From Camelus ferus (Eukaryota), in assembly GCF_009834535.1 (NCBI RefSeq), contig NC_045696.1, positions 101,928,001-101,992,000 of the forward strand: a stretch of 64,000 bases of DNA. The letters run 5' to 3'. The translations under genes and the position numbers were made by a program. This document shows positions 1 to 13,239 of the stretch, one piece after another (within the stretch, counting starts at the first letter, position 1; every line of letters begins with the position of its first letter). The notes under the pieces were generated by a model. The model had not been told where the DNA came from. It ran no database searches and was given only the letters and a program-made list of their open reading frames with translations.

Positions 1-506
1 AATTCACAGCTTGGCCCCTTAAAAATAACTAATCCTCTTTTCTCAGTTACAGGTTTCAATATCCTATGAACAACTTTGGACCGATCAAATGTGCCTAAAG
101 GGAGGGTCCTATAACAACATTTGGCTTCTAGGGGCTCCACCAGAGAACTGGGGCTGTTTTCTGAGAAGAGAAAATTGCAAAATGAGTAGTCTTCTCTTTT
201 GAGTTTGGGGGAGCTGTTAGGAAAATAATAAATTACTGTCTGTGTAAGTTTAAATCTCAGAATCTCAAGCAAAATGCAGCTCTAATTTTATGATAGAAAT
301 CAGTGGCAAATAGGATTAGCTTAACAGGAATTCTTCTAACAGTACCATCTTGGATACTTCAATAAAAGTCATCAAGATCAGTTGATTAGGGAGCTAGCAG
401 GATGTTAATGGTAAATCAAAAGGGATATTGTGAAGGGCAAATTTATCCAACGTGGCTTTGTACTTAGACTAATTTTATGGAGCAGCAATACATTATAATT
501 GTTAGG

Positions 507-715
507 AACCTGGTCTCTGGAGTCAGACTGCTCTGCTAAATATGGCTCCACCACTGGTATCTTTATGACATTTGGCAAATAATTTCTCTGTGCCTCGATG
601 TCCTCTCCTGGACATTGGCTATCATAACATTTCTTGCCATAATGGTTATCGTGGGTTTTAGTAAATTTCTTGCAAAGCACTAATAATAGTGTCTGGCACA
701 AAATGAGTCCTCAGT
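507..715 (+). mobile_element. MIR SINE
   Basis: tctggagtcagac...atttggcaaataatttctctgtgcctc...gcaaagcactaataatagtgtctggcaca follows the MIR consensus order. Confidence 0.75.
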
Positions 716-919
716 GAATAATGACTCTTGCTTTTATATTCTGGACACCAGATTTGATATCCTATGGAATTTATAGATTAAGTCTTTTTCACTAGAATTT
801 ATAATCAAGTTAAATTAATAAAGTATGAGCAAATCCAGCCAAAAATTAGATGCTAATAGGAAACTCCTTTCTATTGCCCTTTGGTCCCTGTCTCCTGTCC
901 ATATTTGGAACTGGTGGAA

Positions 920-1482
920 CATTATGAATATAGTAGTTTGGCACTCGTTATCCATTCTAACTTCCTCCACATGTGCCTGGAGTCATGCAGCGACTGGCAT
1001 ACTGAAACCTACCTTCCCTAAACTTCCACACAGCTGGTGTTCTGGGCACAGATTAGACTCTTTAATTGGATGCACTTATGCAGTCTTTAAGGTGGACATA
1101 AAATGAGCACTGCCATCTTCCTGTTGCTTTAGACCTTTCTACTGGCAAACATGGTTGTGACAATTCTGAGTTTTTCTGGAGAGGTCCTTCATTGGCTCTG
1201 TGTGTGTTGAAAGGCCACTGTGATGGGGAGGGCAGTGGCTGCAGCTTCCTGATCTCTGGGTCACAGGAGGTGGCAGTGGGTTTTGAGGTCAACCAATCCA
1301 AATGTCATCTCCTGAAGTCCCACATTTTTTAATGTGTCAGAGGTAGCAGCTCTCTTGGCAGGACTGTTATATAATTTGGTTGGGAGTCATTCCTCAAGCC
1401 CCTACAACACTTATGTAAGCTCCTAATTTCCTGCATTGTATCCTTTCAGTTCCTTTTCTTGCAGCCAAACTCTGACTGATTC
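920..1482 (+). mobile_element. Ancient ERVL-class solo LTR (LTR33/LTR16-like)
   Basis: Internal motif aattggatgcacttatgc...gccatcttcctgttgc and a 3' end ttgcagccaaactctgactgattca, both resembling ERVL LTRs. Family uncertain. Confidence 0.45.
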
Positions 1483-1949
1483 AGACAGGGAGCCACAGAA
1501 TTTGTCTTCTCCATGGCAGTCCTCAGTCAAGTGACTAATTTTTTCGACTTATTTAGTGTGACCTTGTTGAGCTTCTCTTTATAATGGAGGAAAGCTAGAA
1601 AAGGAGAGTGCAGGCTGAGGTGCTGGATTGCTGATAAAGGGTGATTCCTCAAAAAATGACAAACAGGTTCATTATGTGCACAGGCAAAGCCATTCCTCTG
1701 CTACAGCACTGTTATTGGGGTGCAGGGGGGGTCATGTAGTGAGAGAACCTAGAGTAATCCTCAGCATGATTACCCCCAAAAGAATTTTAGTTGATTTTAC
1801 AAGTTATTGTTGGATATTTCCACTTTAGCAGAGTGATTCAGATCTGTTTTATCTCCTCTGCTATGCCACCTTGAAAAATTAACTTTTTAATGCCTGTCAT
1901 TCTTCATCAACACTAGTATTAGGTTCCCCAAAGGTTCTCAGCTCCCTCC

Positions 1950-2400
1950 TTTCTTACTGTTTCCCTCCGCAGGGGATAGAAGGCCATACACTTACTGCCC
2001 TGTCTTCTCTTGCCCTAGCAGGGGTCATATGATCTAGTGAAACCCTGCCTGAGGTAGCTTCTAGAAAAGCTTTTGTTTTCTTTATATATATAAAAAAAGA
2101 CATGGTTAATGGAGTGCCCTCCTTTCTTTCCTTCTATCTTAAAAATAAACGTGGTATCTGGAATGCTAGCAGCCATTTTGTGAACATGAGGTGACAAACC
2201 AATTCACCAAAGACGATAGAGGGAAAAAGACAGGAGTCAAGATCTCTGATGACACCATCAAGTCTCTGCATTTGCCCTGAACTTCTTACACCTGTACTTT
2301 TTCTTAAGTGAGAATAATAAACCTCTACTTGTTTAATTAAGTATTGGTAGGATATTGTAGTCCTTATAGTCTTATTTCTACATAATATGTCACTTATATC
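1950..2400 (+). mobile_element. MaLR LTR (MLT1J/K-like)
   Basis: agcttctagaaaagcttttg; gctagcagccattttgtgaacatgagg; gagaataataaacctctacttgttta (polyA signal region). Confidence 0.6.
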
Positions 2401-3036
2401 TCCTGGGGGTTTTGTGGGGACCCAACAAAATAACTGGTGTGAGAGTACTCTGAAAAAACTAATTTTAAAGTCTTATTTTAAAGGGAATCAGATGTTTTCT
2501 GAGTAGCTCAAGATAGAAGAAATTTCAGTGAAATGATAAATGATTGAAATAAATACACCACATATTCCTTTCAGCAACTCAGATGAAGGTTTGCTTCTCT
2601 CTTAAATTATTAACAACCCCATTTAGTACTTTCAAAGTGCTTTACTATCATTTGATATTTAATCCTCAGAATTTTCCTAGCAGATTGTAAAATCTCATTT
2701 TACAAGGGTCAAAATGAAAACAAGGTTTTTGAAAGACTTTCTCAGAGGTACATATGCCTGTGGCAGATTCAGAATTAAAAATCAAAGAATCTAACACTCC
2801 AGTGTGTAATTGGCTTTCTCATGTAAGTTTGATATGCAGGGCATGACACAGCCCAAGGAAGCTGTATGCCCTAAGCATTTTAAGTTTCACTTATATGTGT
2901 ATTCTAAATGAAGTCCAGCTATCCATATATTTTATACTTTATATATGTGTGGATAAAATGCCTTTATGCACAACATTAGAAGAGGGCAATAAAGTAATAT
3001 CTTCTACCAGTAGTGAACTTAAGTCCACTTACATGC

Positions 3037-3394
3037 TGCTATATACTGTATAATAGTTTTGTGTGCCCCCCAAATTCATNNNNNNNNNNNNNNNNNNNNN
3101 NNNNNNNNNNNNNNNNNNNNNNNNNNNNNNNNNNNNNNNNNNNNNNNNNNNNNNNNNNNNNNNNNNNNNNNNNNNNNNNNNNNNNNNNNNNNNNNNNNNN
3201 NNNNNNNNNNNNNNNNNNNCATGTGAACACAAAAAGGTGGCAATTTTTGAACTAGAAGGAGGTTTCCCCATATATTGAATCTGCTGATACCTTGATCTTG
3301 AGCCTTCTAGCCTCCAGAGCTATGAGAAATAAATTTCAGTCTATTTGTTTATAAATCATTCAGTCTGTTTGTTTCAGCTGCTCAAATTAAGACA
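3037..3394 (+). mobile_element. MLT1A-type MaLR solo LTR with 5-bp TSD CATGC
   Basis: Starts tgctata...gtgtgccccccaaattcat and ends ...aattaagaca. CATGC occurs at 3032-3036 and 3395-3399. Spans the N gap; total 358 bp. Confidence 0.88.
3080..3220. other. Assembly gap (141 N) inside an MLT1A LTR
   Basis: Run of N in the sequence. Confidence 0.99.
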
Positions 3395-3919
3395 CATGCT
3401 GAAAGCACCATCTAATCCTGGCATAAAAGAAGTGAGGTCAGATTACTTTGTTATTTTCCTGATGTACATCATTATAAGCATTAAAAAGGTAGTTATGTTG
3501 ATACTGTAAGTTGGAAAAAAAAAAAACAGGGGCAAAATATGGGAGATATATAACTCCCTAAGAAGGAAGTAGATTCATGCTTAAAAAAGGAAGTAAGGAA
3601 TAATTGGTGATCAAAGCCTCATTGAGAATTGTGCTGCTCAGAATTTCCCTCCACCTTCAGCCGAAGGAAATGCTCTGGCAATTTTAATCATGTTTTGTTC
3701 CATGAAAAGAAATTTGGCCTTTAATTAATGGTGTTATTTTCAAGAACAAATTTATGCATTTTAAACTCTTTTATACAAATTCTTAGTAAGATTTACATGA
3801 TATGAGGTCAAAGAGAGGAAAAAGAAAAAAAGAGCTTAGACAGAAATACAAAAAGGCTTAAGTCTATATTATTACTATCTTTATTTTCACATCCAGAGAT
3901 GGGTGGTATAGGCATTTCA

Positions 3920-4115
3920 TATCCCAGCTCCACTACTTCCTGGTTGTGGGACTTTGGGCAAGTGACTCCCTCTGAACTTAACTTTCTCAAGTGGTAGATG
4001 GGCATAATGCTAGTACCTTCATGGGCTGGGTAAGTGGATTGTATGAAATGGTTATTGTAACAATAATGTTAGCAATTGTTACTATCTATAAAAACCGTGA
4101 CACAGTAGGCACAAT
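3920..4115 (+). mobile_element. MIR SINE
   Basis: atcccagctccactact...ctttgggcaagtgactccctctgaac...gacacagtaggcac. Confidence 0.7.
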
Positions 4116-4960
4116 TGAAAAAGGGACTCTTAAGACAAATACTACAAAGTTACAGGACCTATGTCAAATACATTTTGTAAAATACTACGGGGCAGATTTT
4201 GAGCGGTCACAAAGAGCACCCTTTGGTCTAGTTCTGCCATTCTTAAGGGCAACAATGGTCACTGGATTGAAGAGGACACAGTGAATTTGAGGAATGAGGA
4301 GGGTGGTGGTCAGCAAAGAAACAGGGCTATTCCTGAATAGAAATCCACTGTAAATAGGAGAAAATTATCAAAAATTATTAAGGGATTATTACTTGTCACA
4401 ACAAGGAGGGGATGGCTTCCCAGAACTGTACTTTCCAGAAGGCCTGAACAGTAGAACTCTGATAAGCCCTCTTGATTCTTGTTGAGGCTTATGAGTTTAT
4501 GGGAATAGCACACACCCTGGGAGAAAGAATTCTGTAAGATATTTAGATCTCTGTCACCCGGTGATTTAAAGCCTGTTGTGTATGTACATTTTATTTGTTA
4601 ACTACCTCTTCTGCAAAGGTTTTATAACAATTACAACAGGGGAGTGAGGTTACAATCTTGCCTTTTTTATGTAACATATTTTCAAGATGCAGTGGTGTTA
4701 GAATGGGGGAGAGATAGGAAAATGAAGCCAGAGAAAGCACAAACTTGAAACAGGAAGGATTAAACTAGGTAAACTCCAGGAAGAAATGTGAAGAGAACAT
4801 AAATGTCAAGCCATACCTGGCTTCCAAATATTGTTACTGCCTGATGCACCCAGCACAGGACAGAGCCCTTCACCCTCAGGACGCCAAGTGTCCTCAGTGT
4901 CCCAAGAGCATCTCTTGTGTTTCCTGTCTGCCTCCCAGGTGGCGCAGCCTCTTCTGAGTA

Positions 4961-5300
4961 ACTTGGGCTAAAATAGGGGAAATAAAATGAAATAAGGGTG
5001 AGGAAGAGAAGACAACAGGGAAAAGGGGGGAACTGAGGAAGAATACAGAAGAATGAGGGAAAATTAAGAAGAGAAAGAGATAGCAAAAAAAGGAAGAAAA
5101 TTAGATAAAATATAGAGAAGAAAGAAAAGAAAGCTGAGAATGGGACAAGCATGGAATCACAAAGACGTCACTTAGAAGCTTGGACTGGAGTGTTGAGCTA
5201 GAACTGGGTACAAGAAGGGAGAGAGGGGACACTGTGTCCGGAGGGCATCGTGAGAGTAGAAGAGGTAGGAGAAAAGAAGGTTAGAGGAATAAGGAAACAC
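4961..5300 (+). repeat. Purine-rich (GA/A) low-complexity tract
   Basis: Long run dominated by A/G on the + strand. It explains the spurious F/L/S-rich minus-strand ORF 4760..5152. Confidence 0.7.
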
Positions 5301-5850
5301 TGTCATCCCAGATGTCTGGATTAATAATCATCTTTTATGTCTATTCTGTCAAAGCTCTTAGTGGCATTGTGGGCAGAATCACATCCAATATTATTTCAAA
5401 ATAACGATGCCTTCTGTTGAAGCAGAGTCTATGAGGGGGAGGAGAATTAGATAAATGATGAAGAGATAAGGGGCCAGTCCTATGAGACACTGTGGGGAGA
5501 CACTGATGCTGATCACTTGGGAATGGAAGTGATGCAATGCCTGTGAGAATGAGCAGGATGTTTATTACCTTTTTGCACAGTTAAAAAAGGAAAAAAAATG
5601 ATGGCACTGGCAACACACAGTATTTTCTTAAAGAAGAACACATTGATATCTGATTTATCCATGACTGGGTTGATTGTCACCTTGAGGACTTGGCATGTGT
5701 GATATTATCTACATGTGATGTTATATACCAGTTATTTTACTATTTTTAAACCAGACTTTAGCACTTTTTTATTTGTATATTGGCTCCTTTTACTTTATGA
5801 ATCATTTATTGCTCTATCAAATCATATGTCTAACAAGTTATCTCTTGGAT

Positions 5851-6031
5851 CTGTTGTTCTCAAACTTTAGTTAGCAGCAGAACCATCTGGAAGGCTTGTT
5901 AAGTACTGATTTATGGGCTCTGTCCCATCAGTGTTTCTTATGCAGCGGTCTGGAGTGGAAGAATCTGCCTTTCTAACAAGTTCCTAGGTTAAGCTGATGC
6001 TACTGGTCCGGGTCTCACTTGAGAACCACAG
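5851..6031 (+). mobile_element. MER5A hAT-Charlie MITE
   Basis: ctgttgttctcaaac...ttctaacaagttcctagg...gctgatgctactggtccgg...ttgagaaccacag, with TIR-like ends. Confidence 0.88.
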
Positions 6032-8094
6032 GATCTGACACACAGTAGAGTGTTCCAACTGGGCACAAATGCTGTTACTGCTGAGATATTAAAATTGTAT
6101 CTCCAAGGATGGAAGTTTTAGGGTTTAGAAAAACTGTTAGAAGCATCACTATAGACAATTATCAATTAGATTATTAAATCAATGGTAAAATCAAAGAGTT
6201 CTATGACATTTTTTCAGGAAAGCTTCTGAATTTGTGACTTTCTCTGATTAGATGATTCTCTTAAGTTCTGGTCTTCCCATTATAGTTTCCCCAATTTTAA
6301 AACCTCAAACTTAAGAGTTGTGAAGAAGTACACCCAAAACTAACACAATATTGTAAATCAGCTATACTTCAATTAAAAAAGAAGAGTTATGAAGGAAAAT
6401 TTTTCCTCTTCTTCACCTAATCCCATCTTGGCCCAGAGAGGACATGTTCATTACTACTTTTCTCTTCTCAGAATAGTTCTGGTGAGAAAGCTTGTGCCTC
6501 TCCCTACATCTATTCTGGACTGCATGTGATACTCACTGGGCTATGTTGGTTGTGAGGACTGTGCCCATAAAAGAGAAGGGGGCCACCTTTATCTCTGTGA
6601 CTCCCCTGAGCTCTCAGGTGCAAGGATGCTCACCTGCACTTCTGTGGGTGTGCATTAAGCCCACCTGGGGTAGTGCCCTTCCACAGGCATCAGTTCCTGC
6701 TGGAGACAGCGCACAGTGCAGACTGGTCCTTGCAGCTGGCTGGGTAAGTGGACACAGAGTCTTATCTGCAACCTGAACACAGTCCCAGTGTGAATGTGCA
6801 GATCCTAGATCTAAGAAAACTTCAGGTTGAAGTTGCATTCTCCAACATGCTTTAGCAGAAGTCCTGCTAAACCATTAATACAACTGGCTATCGGTTCTTT
6901 GTTTCATCAGTCAGCACTCTGGAGGGGAGAAAGAAAGAATTTTAGATCAAAAAGACCTCTAAAACATAGGCTGGAAAACAAGTATACACATAATATGGAC
7001 ACTTGGGCAGCAAAAGCTGACCTAGGGAGACAGAATCTCAGTGTGGGACTTGGTCGTCAGCTTGGGCTGGGACAGCTCGCAGTAGTTTGTAACATAGTCT
7101 TAGGCGGTACATCAGGCACAAGGATGCTCAGAAGCAGAGTTATGGTCAAGTGCCACCTCAAAATATGTGGCCTTCACTATGTGAGGCCTTTTTAGACATT
7201 TGTGGAAAGAATGATCATCACTTTCATAGTGTCTTTTTTCTCCACATAGTGCTTCTCAGCCGGATTCTCAGCTTCACGTGTGGCACAGGGCACTCATGTG
7301 TCCATTCTGACCTCCAGCTTGTTAGGATCAGGCTTCAGTGTCAGCTCTAGATCAGTTCCCAATTTCGATTTCTTTATCCTAATTTAAACTAATTAGGAGC
7401 CAAATAGTCTCTTGGACTCATGTCTCCTTTATAGAGTTCTGGGAATATCCAACCTCTGCCTCTGAGTTGTAAATTGGCTCTGAAATGGGTATGTTAGGAA
7501 TTCTGCTTATGGGTGTGGACTTACCCCAATTATAACTTCAACCATGGAAGGGTTGTGCAACAGGCAAAGAGGAATATGGAATTTCTCCAGAGGAGCTATG
7601 TCACATTTTTAAGCTGGAGTAGAAGCAAAAACAAAACCATCTTCATTATGAAGCAAAGGGCAAGAGGAATAATTTCAAGATTTCCTTCCAGGACACTCTA
7701 TTATTTGGAATTTGGTTTGCTTAGTGAAATATTGAGGAAAGAAAACTATTTGGAAAGAGATTTGATCTTGCAATCAAAACATCAGTGAGAAAAAGTGAAA
7801 GTAAAATGAAGGCATATGGCATTTAGAAAGAAGACAAAGATGGAGAATCTACTTACATTTGGAGAAAGGTTGAATTCTTGAAAAAAGATGAGACTAGGAA
7901 AAAAGGGAAATATTTCAGTTGTTAATCAAGGAGTTTGAGGAGCTTAAGAAATCAACTAAAGGAAAAGATATTTAGAGAGTTAACTGGATTAACTCTCCCA
8001 GTGAGAGCCCAGAGAGAGAATACTTTTGAAAGAGAACTTCCCTTCCATTCCCTTCCCTCCCCTTCCTTTTCTCCTTCTTCTTAAAAAAAAAAAA

Positions 8095-8375
8095 ATTATT
8101 ACAGAAATTTCCTAGTGTATACCAAAGAATAGAGAATAATATGATGATCTCCATGTGCTCATCTCTCAGCTCCAGCAGTTATCAACATATGATCATTCTC
8201 AATTCTTCTGTAACTCTCCATTCCTCCCCAAGCCCCTGATCACCTGCTGGATTATTTTAAAGTTAATTTCAGACACCATATAATTTCATCTGTATTATCT
8301 TAAAGACATAATGATTTAAAAAGCAAAATTTAACCACAATATTCTTTCACGTCTAAAAATATGAAAAATGACTCC
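8095..8375 (-). mobile_element. Ancient L1M 3'-end fragment
   Basis: attacagaaatttcc...ggattattttaaag...catataatttcatctgta...taaccacaatatt matches the reverse complement of an old L1 3' UTR. Confidence 0.65.
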
Positions 8376-10404
8376 TGGAGCTAATAAGCTATTGCACCAA
8401 ATTTCCAGTATACAATGTTAATATACAAAACTTAATCACTTTCCTACATACAAACAATGAACAAGTGGAATTTGAAATACAAAATGCAATATCATTAACA
8501 TTAGCACCTCAAAAAAGAGCCACTTAGGTATAAATCTAAAAAATATGTATAAGATCTATATGAAGAAAACTATAAGACTATGATGAATAATACCAAAGAA
8601 GAACTAAATAAATGGAGACATATTCCATGTTCATGAATGGCAAGACTCGATATTGTCAAGATGTCAGTTCTTTCCAATTTGATCTATAGATTTAATCAAA
8701 ATCCCAGTAAGTTATTTAATGGATTAGACAAGCTCATTTTCTAAAGTTAATATGGAGAGGCAAAAGACCCAGAATAGCCAACACAATATTGAAGGAGAGA
8801 AACAAAATTGGAGAACTGACCCTACCCAACTTCAACACTTGGTATAAAACTTCAGTAATCAAGATGGTTTGTTATTGACAAAATATAGACAAATGGTTTA
8901 ATAGAACAGAACAGAGAGCCCAGAAACAGTAACTCATTAATATAGTCAACTGATCTTTGACAAAGGAGCAAAAGCAATATAATAATATAATGGAGCAAAA
9001 ATAGTTTCTTCAACAAATGGTTCTGGAGCAACAGGACATCCACATGCAAAAAAAAAAAAAAAAAAAGAAACTAGACACAGACCTTACAGCCGTCACAAAA
9101 CTTAACTAAAAATGGGTAAAAGACCTGAATGTAAAACACAAAACTATAAAGCTCATAGAAAATTTAACATCGGAGAAAACGTAGATGACCTTGGGTATGA
9201 TGATACCTTTTTAAATACAACACCAAAGGCACAATTCATGAAAGAAATAATTAATAAGCTAGATTTCATTAAAATAAAAAATTCCTGGCCTGTAGAAGAC
9301 AATGTCCAGATAATGAGAAGATAAGTCACAAACTTGGAGAAAACAGTTGCAAAAATCACCTGATAAAGGACTGTTACCCAGAAATATACAAAGAACCCTC
9401 AAAATTTAACAATAAAAGAATGAACAACCCAACTAAAAATGGGGAAAAGATTTGAACAGAGTTCATCAGATAAGATATACAGATAATAATTAAGCATATA
9501 AAAAGATGCTCCACAACATATGTCATCAGGGAAATGCAAATTAAGACAACAATGGGATACTACTACACATTTCTTAGGATGGCCAAATGTGAGACACTGA
9601 CACCACCAAATGTTAGGAGGATGTGTAATAAAAGGAACTCTCATTCATTGTTGGTGGGAATGAAAAATGGTACAGCCACTTTGGAAGCCATATTTTTGTT
9701 TTTTTTTTTGTTTTATGAAATGAAACATAATTTTACCATATCATCCAGNNNNNNNNNNNNNNNNNNNNNNNNNNNNNNNNNNNNNNNNNNNNNNNNNNNN
9801 NNNNNNNNNNNNNNNNNNNNNNNNNNNNNNNNNNNNNNNNNNNNNNNNNNNNNNNNNNNNNNNNNNNNNNNNNNNNNNNNNNNNNNNNNNNNNNNNNNNN
9901 NNNNNNNNNNNNNNNNNNNNNNNNNNNNNNNNNAAGAAAATAAGCTATCAAGTCATGAAAAGACATGGAGGGACCTTAAATGCATATTACTAAGTGAAAG
10001 AAACCAATCTGAAAAGGCTACATACTGTATGATCCAACTATACAACATTCTGAAAAGGGGAAAACTATGGAGACAATAAAAAGATCAGTGGTTGCTAGTG
10101 AGGGGCAGGAGGGTGGGGAGGGGGAATTATGAATAGGCAGAGCACAGAAGATTTTTAGGGCACTGAAAATATTCTGTTTGATATTATAATGATGGATATA
10201 TACCATTATACTTTTGTCCAAACCCATAGACTGCACAATACCATGAATGAACCTTAAGGTAAATTATGAACTTTGGGTGATTATGATATGTCAGCAAAGG
10301 TTCATACTTGGTAAAAAATATACCATTCTGATGAATGATGTTGATAATGAGGCAGCTGTGTATGTGTGTGGGCAAGCGGAATATGAGAAATCTCTGTACC
10401 TTCC
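8376..10404 (+). mobile_element. L1MC1/2-like LINE-1, 5'-truncated (degenerate ORF2 C-terminus plus 3' UTR)
   Basis: ORF2-like remnants (GENVDDLGYDDTFLNTTPKAQFMKEIINKLDFIKIKN; IKTTMGYYYTFLRMAK) broken by stops and frameshifts. The 3' UTR aagtcatgaaaagacatggagg...gaaatctctgtaccttcc is L1MC-type. Confidence 0.88.
9749..9933. other. Assembly gap (185 N) inside an L1MC element
   Basis: Run of N in the sequence. Confidence 0.99.
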
Positions 10405-10526
10405 TTTTCTTTTTAATTGAAGTATAGTCAGCTTATAATGTTGCATCAATTTCTGGTGTACAGCATAACGTTTCAGTCATCCATATACATACATATATTC
10501 CTTTTCATATTCGTTTTCACTATAGA
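10405..10526 (-). mobile_element. Young camelid-type L1 3'-terminal fragment
   Basis: T tract followed by aattgaagtatagtcagcttataatgttgcatcaatttctggtgtacagcataacgtttcagtcat..., the reverse complement of the cetartiodactyl/camelid L1 terminus. Confidence 0.8.
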
Positions 10527-11813
10527 ATGTGACTTTATGATGTGGACACTTAGGAGATCAAAGAAATGAATTTTCTCAGGTCTTTGATTGCAGTAAATTT
10601 GCAATAAAATATGCTGCAGCCTGGAGTGGCAGTTCTCCATCATGCCCTCCCTGTCCTTGGCTCCAGAGCGCATACTTCTTTACAACTCTGAAGCCTTCAT
10701 CCTGGGTTGTGGGGGAGGTTTCAGCCACTGTGGCCAGTCTGCACTTACCCTGCCTTATGAATTGCTGACAGAGACTGAACAAAATAAAAAGCCAATGAGT
10801 GACATTCTTCTCACAGTTGACCTTTCAATATGTTCAAGACAAAAGAGGGGACCAGTGAACTGAAACTTGTTATTTCTTTTTTCTTAACTTTTTTTTTTAA
10901 ACTGAGATATAATTGACATGTATAATTCACAAAAAGGTGCTCTCTCCAAAAGAAAAGGGGTGATATGCTGTAGATAGAAGTCTAGGGACAAAGGGAGAGA
11001 AGAAGTAGAATTAGGCATCAAGATATTCACCTGGGACCCTCCTCACTCTGAGACTTTACCTGTGAGGCCATTGACCTTTGATGGCATAGGGATGATGTGG
11101 CTAGATCACAGGCACAATGCCAGATTTGCCTCCCTTCAGCTCTGCACAGCTTTGGGACTCTTCAGTGGAGAAATGCTTAAATAAAAAGTGGGATACAGTA
11201 TGTGTTTGCTGGTCTCACAAGTGGCATCCAGTGCAAGTGCTAGGGGATTTCCCTCTTCTCTGGTCAGCACGGGTCAGGGGACCTTATTATGTATTCCTGC
11301 ACTTCAAGGATGAACAATCCAGGGATAAGACCTCACCTGGGAAAACAGTGAGGTCTGTACCCATTTTCCCTCCTCAGAGCATGGCTGAAACACACTGTGT
11401 GGGTAGAAGGAAGTGATACTCATTCATGTACACAAGTTTCTTCATATGAGTTGTTTAATAAAATTATACAAGTCCTCTCATTTTCACTAGTTTTCAGTGA
11501 CCTTTATTTCACCTTGCCAACATAATGGAGATCAGTGGAAAGAACATGGCCTTGGGGGTTATGTCCTAAGTTCAAGGTCCTTGGTCCCATACACTCAGAA
11601 TCTGCAGAGGCTAAAGACAAAAACCAGGTATTATGCAGTGAATTTCTCTGGGACTTAATACTGTCCAAATGTTTATCATGAAATTTAACTTTCTGTGAAA
11701 TTTTTAAACTCTCATTTCTCTGTGGGAATCTACTGATGGGAGGGGTTCATATTCAAATTAGGGGCATTTTTATGGTAACATGTGACTTTTGGTGGGTAAG
11801 GGAAGCTAAGATA

Positions 11814-12175
11814 TGTTAAAAGATAAATTGAAGCACATTAAAATTTTCAAGAGTTTGTTTGAGCATGCATCCGTTCAAACTAGGGCAGCACCAAGCTGAA
11901 AGTGATTAGGAGCACTCCACCAACAGGAGCTAGGAGAGAAGTTTTTTATAGAAAAGACTGGGAAACAAAGCAAGGACATTATTTGATTGGCTACAGTTAA
12001 AGCGGTCACCTTATTTGGGAAACCTTAGTTGGCCATTTGTGATTGGTTGTTCCTAAATTTTATTTTCTCAGATTTGAGCACATTGACTCTGGCTTAGGTT
12101 TGGTTTGTTTGCATAAGTGACCAAGGCATCAGAGTCACCCCAGTCTAATGGTTGCCTCAGTTAATTACTTTAACT
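11814..12175 (-). mobile_element. ERV1-class solo LTR (family unresolved)
   Basis: Inverted termini tgttaaa / tttaac(t). On the minus strand there are two CCAAT boxes, a TATAAAAA and a decayed polyA signal in U3-R-U5 order. Confidence 0.7.
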
Positions 12176-13079
12176 AATGGATTTATGGCAAGTTTGAAAA
12201 TAGAACAGGTGGTGAATCTTTGGTTTAGTGCATTGTGTGACCTTCACATAAACTTAATTACAGTCCTGTCCTGTCCTGTCCTCTTTTAGAACCTTTGTGG
12301 GCAAAATATGAAACTCCCACCTCACTGGTCTCAGAGAAGGATAAATACACAGAGAGAGGCCGAGTGAATGAGACAATGGGATTTTCCTCTAACCCAGGGT
12401 CTGTGTTGACTTCAGTATTTTCTGTTAAGTCTAATGTTGAGAGAGAGCTAAGGTAAGGTGGGGCTCCAGGGAGCAGGGAAGAGGAACCCTCAGCATCTCT
12501 CCTCACCCTAGGGAAGTTTCCCTTCTCAATTCTCTAAGCCCACAGTCTCCACTATCTTCTCCAAGAACAAGGGACTCTCAAATGGTTGGTTAGATCATGA
12601 AACACAGTCTATGGGTTCTAACTGGTCACATTCACAGCGTGGGGTTACTGTGCTACACAAGGTTATCTGGCGTGGAATTCTTCTCCCTTCAAGTCTTTCC
12701 TTCCATGGGGCTGGATGGGCAAGCTGAGGCAGGGCATACTCACTGCAATAAGCTGGGCCATCCTGCTTTTCTCTTTTCTTCCCTCCTCTCACCTACATGT
12801 TGTATCTTGCAGCAAGAGCCTTTGACTCAGTCAGCTAGCAGGTGTTAAGATCTAAATTAAGAGACAATCAAGAATTCTCCTTGGGCTTTGTGTTTAAGTT
12901 TTGAGTTTCATCCCAACTTCATCAGAGACCTAGCGCTAAGGGTTATGTCACCAGCTAATAAAAGTGCCTTAATTTTTAACTGATATTTTTCTTTGTGTGA
13001 CTATCTGGCCTCAGGAGTCTCATAAAGAATAATCATTTTTGACAGTACAGGATTTGTAAGTTGGGGGAACCTTGGCTAT

Positions 13080-13193
13080 TAGGGTGGCCAGTTGTCCTGG
13101 TTTGCTTGTGACTGAAAAGTTTCCTGGGATACAGGACTTTCAGTGCTAAAACCAGGACAGTCTCTGACAAGCCAAGATGAATTGATCACCCTA
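13080..13193. mobile_element. MER94-like hAT-Blackjack MITE
   Basis: TIRs tagggtg...caccc ta; internal gggactttcagtgctaaaaccaggac. Confidence 0.82.
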
Positions 13194-13239
13194 AGATGAA
13201 ATGCCATCTTAAGGCCATTAAACCCTATACATAAATTTA

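Noticed and set aside
9112-10079. ORFs 9112..9324 and 9534..10079 with protein-like text
   Set aside because: They are decayed L1 ORF2 C-terminal remnants with stops and frameshifts; the second is inflated by the N gap.
10102-10124. G-quadruplex motif GGGG-CAGGA-GGG-T-GGGG-A-GGGGG
   Set aside because: It is the ordinary G-rich tract of an L1 3' UTR.
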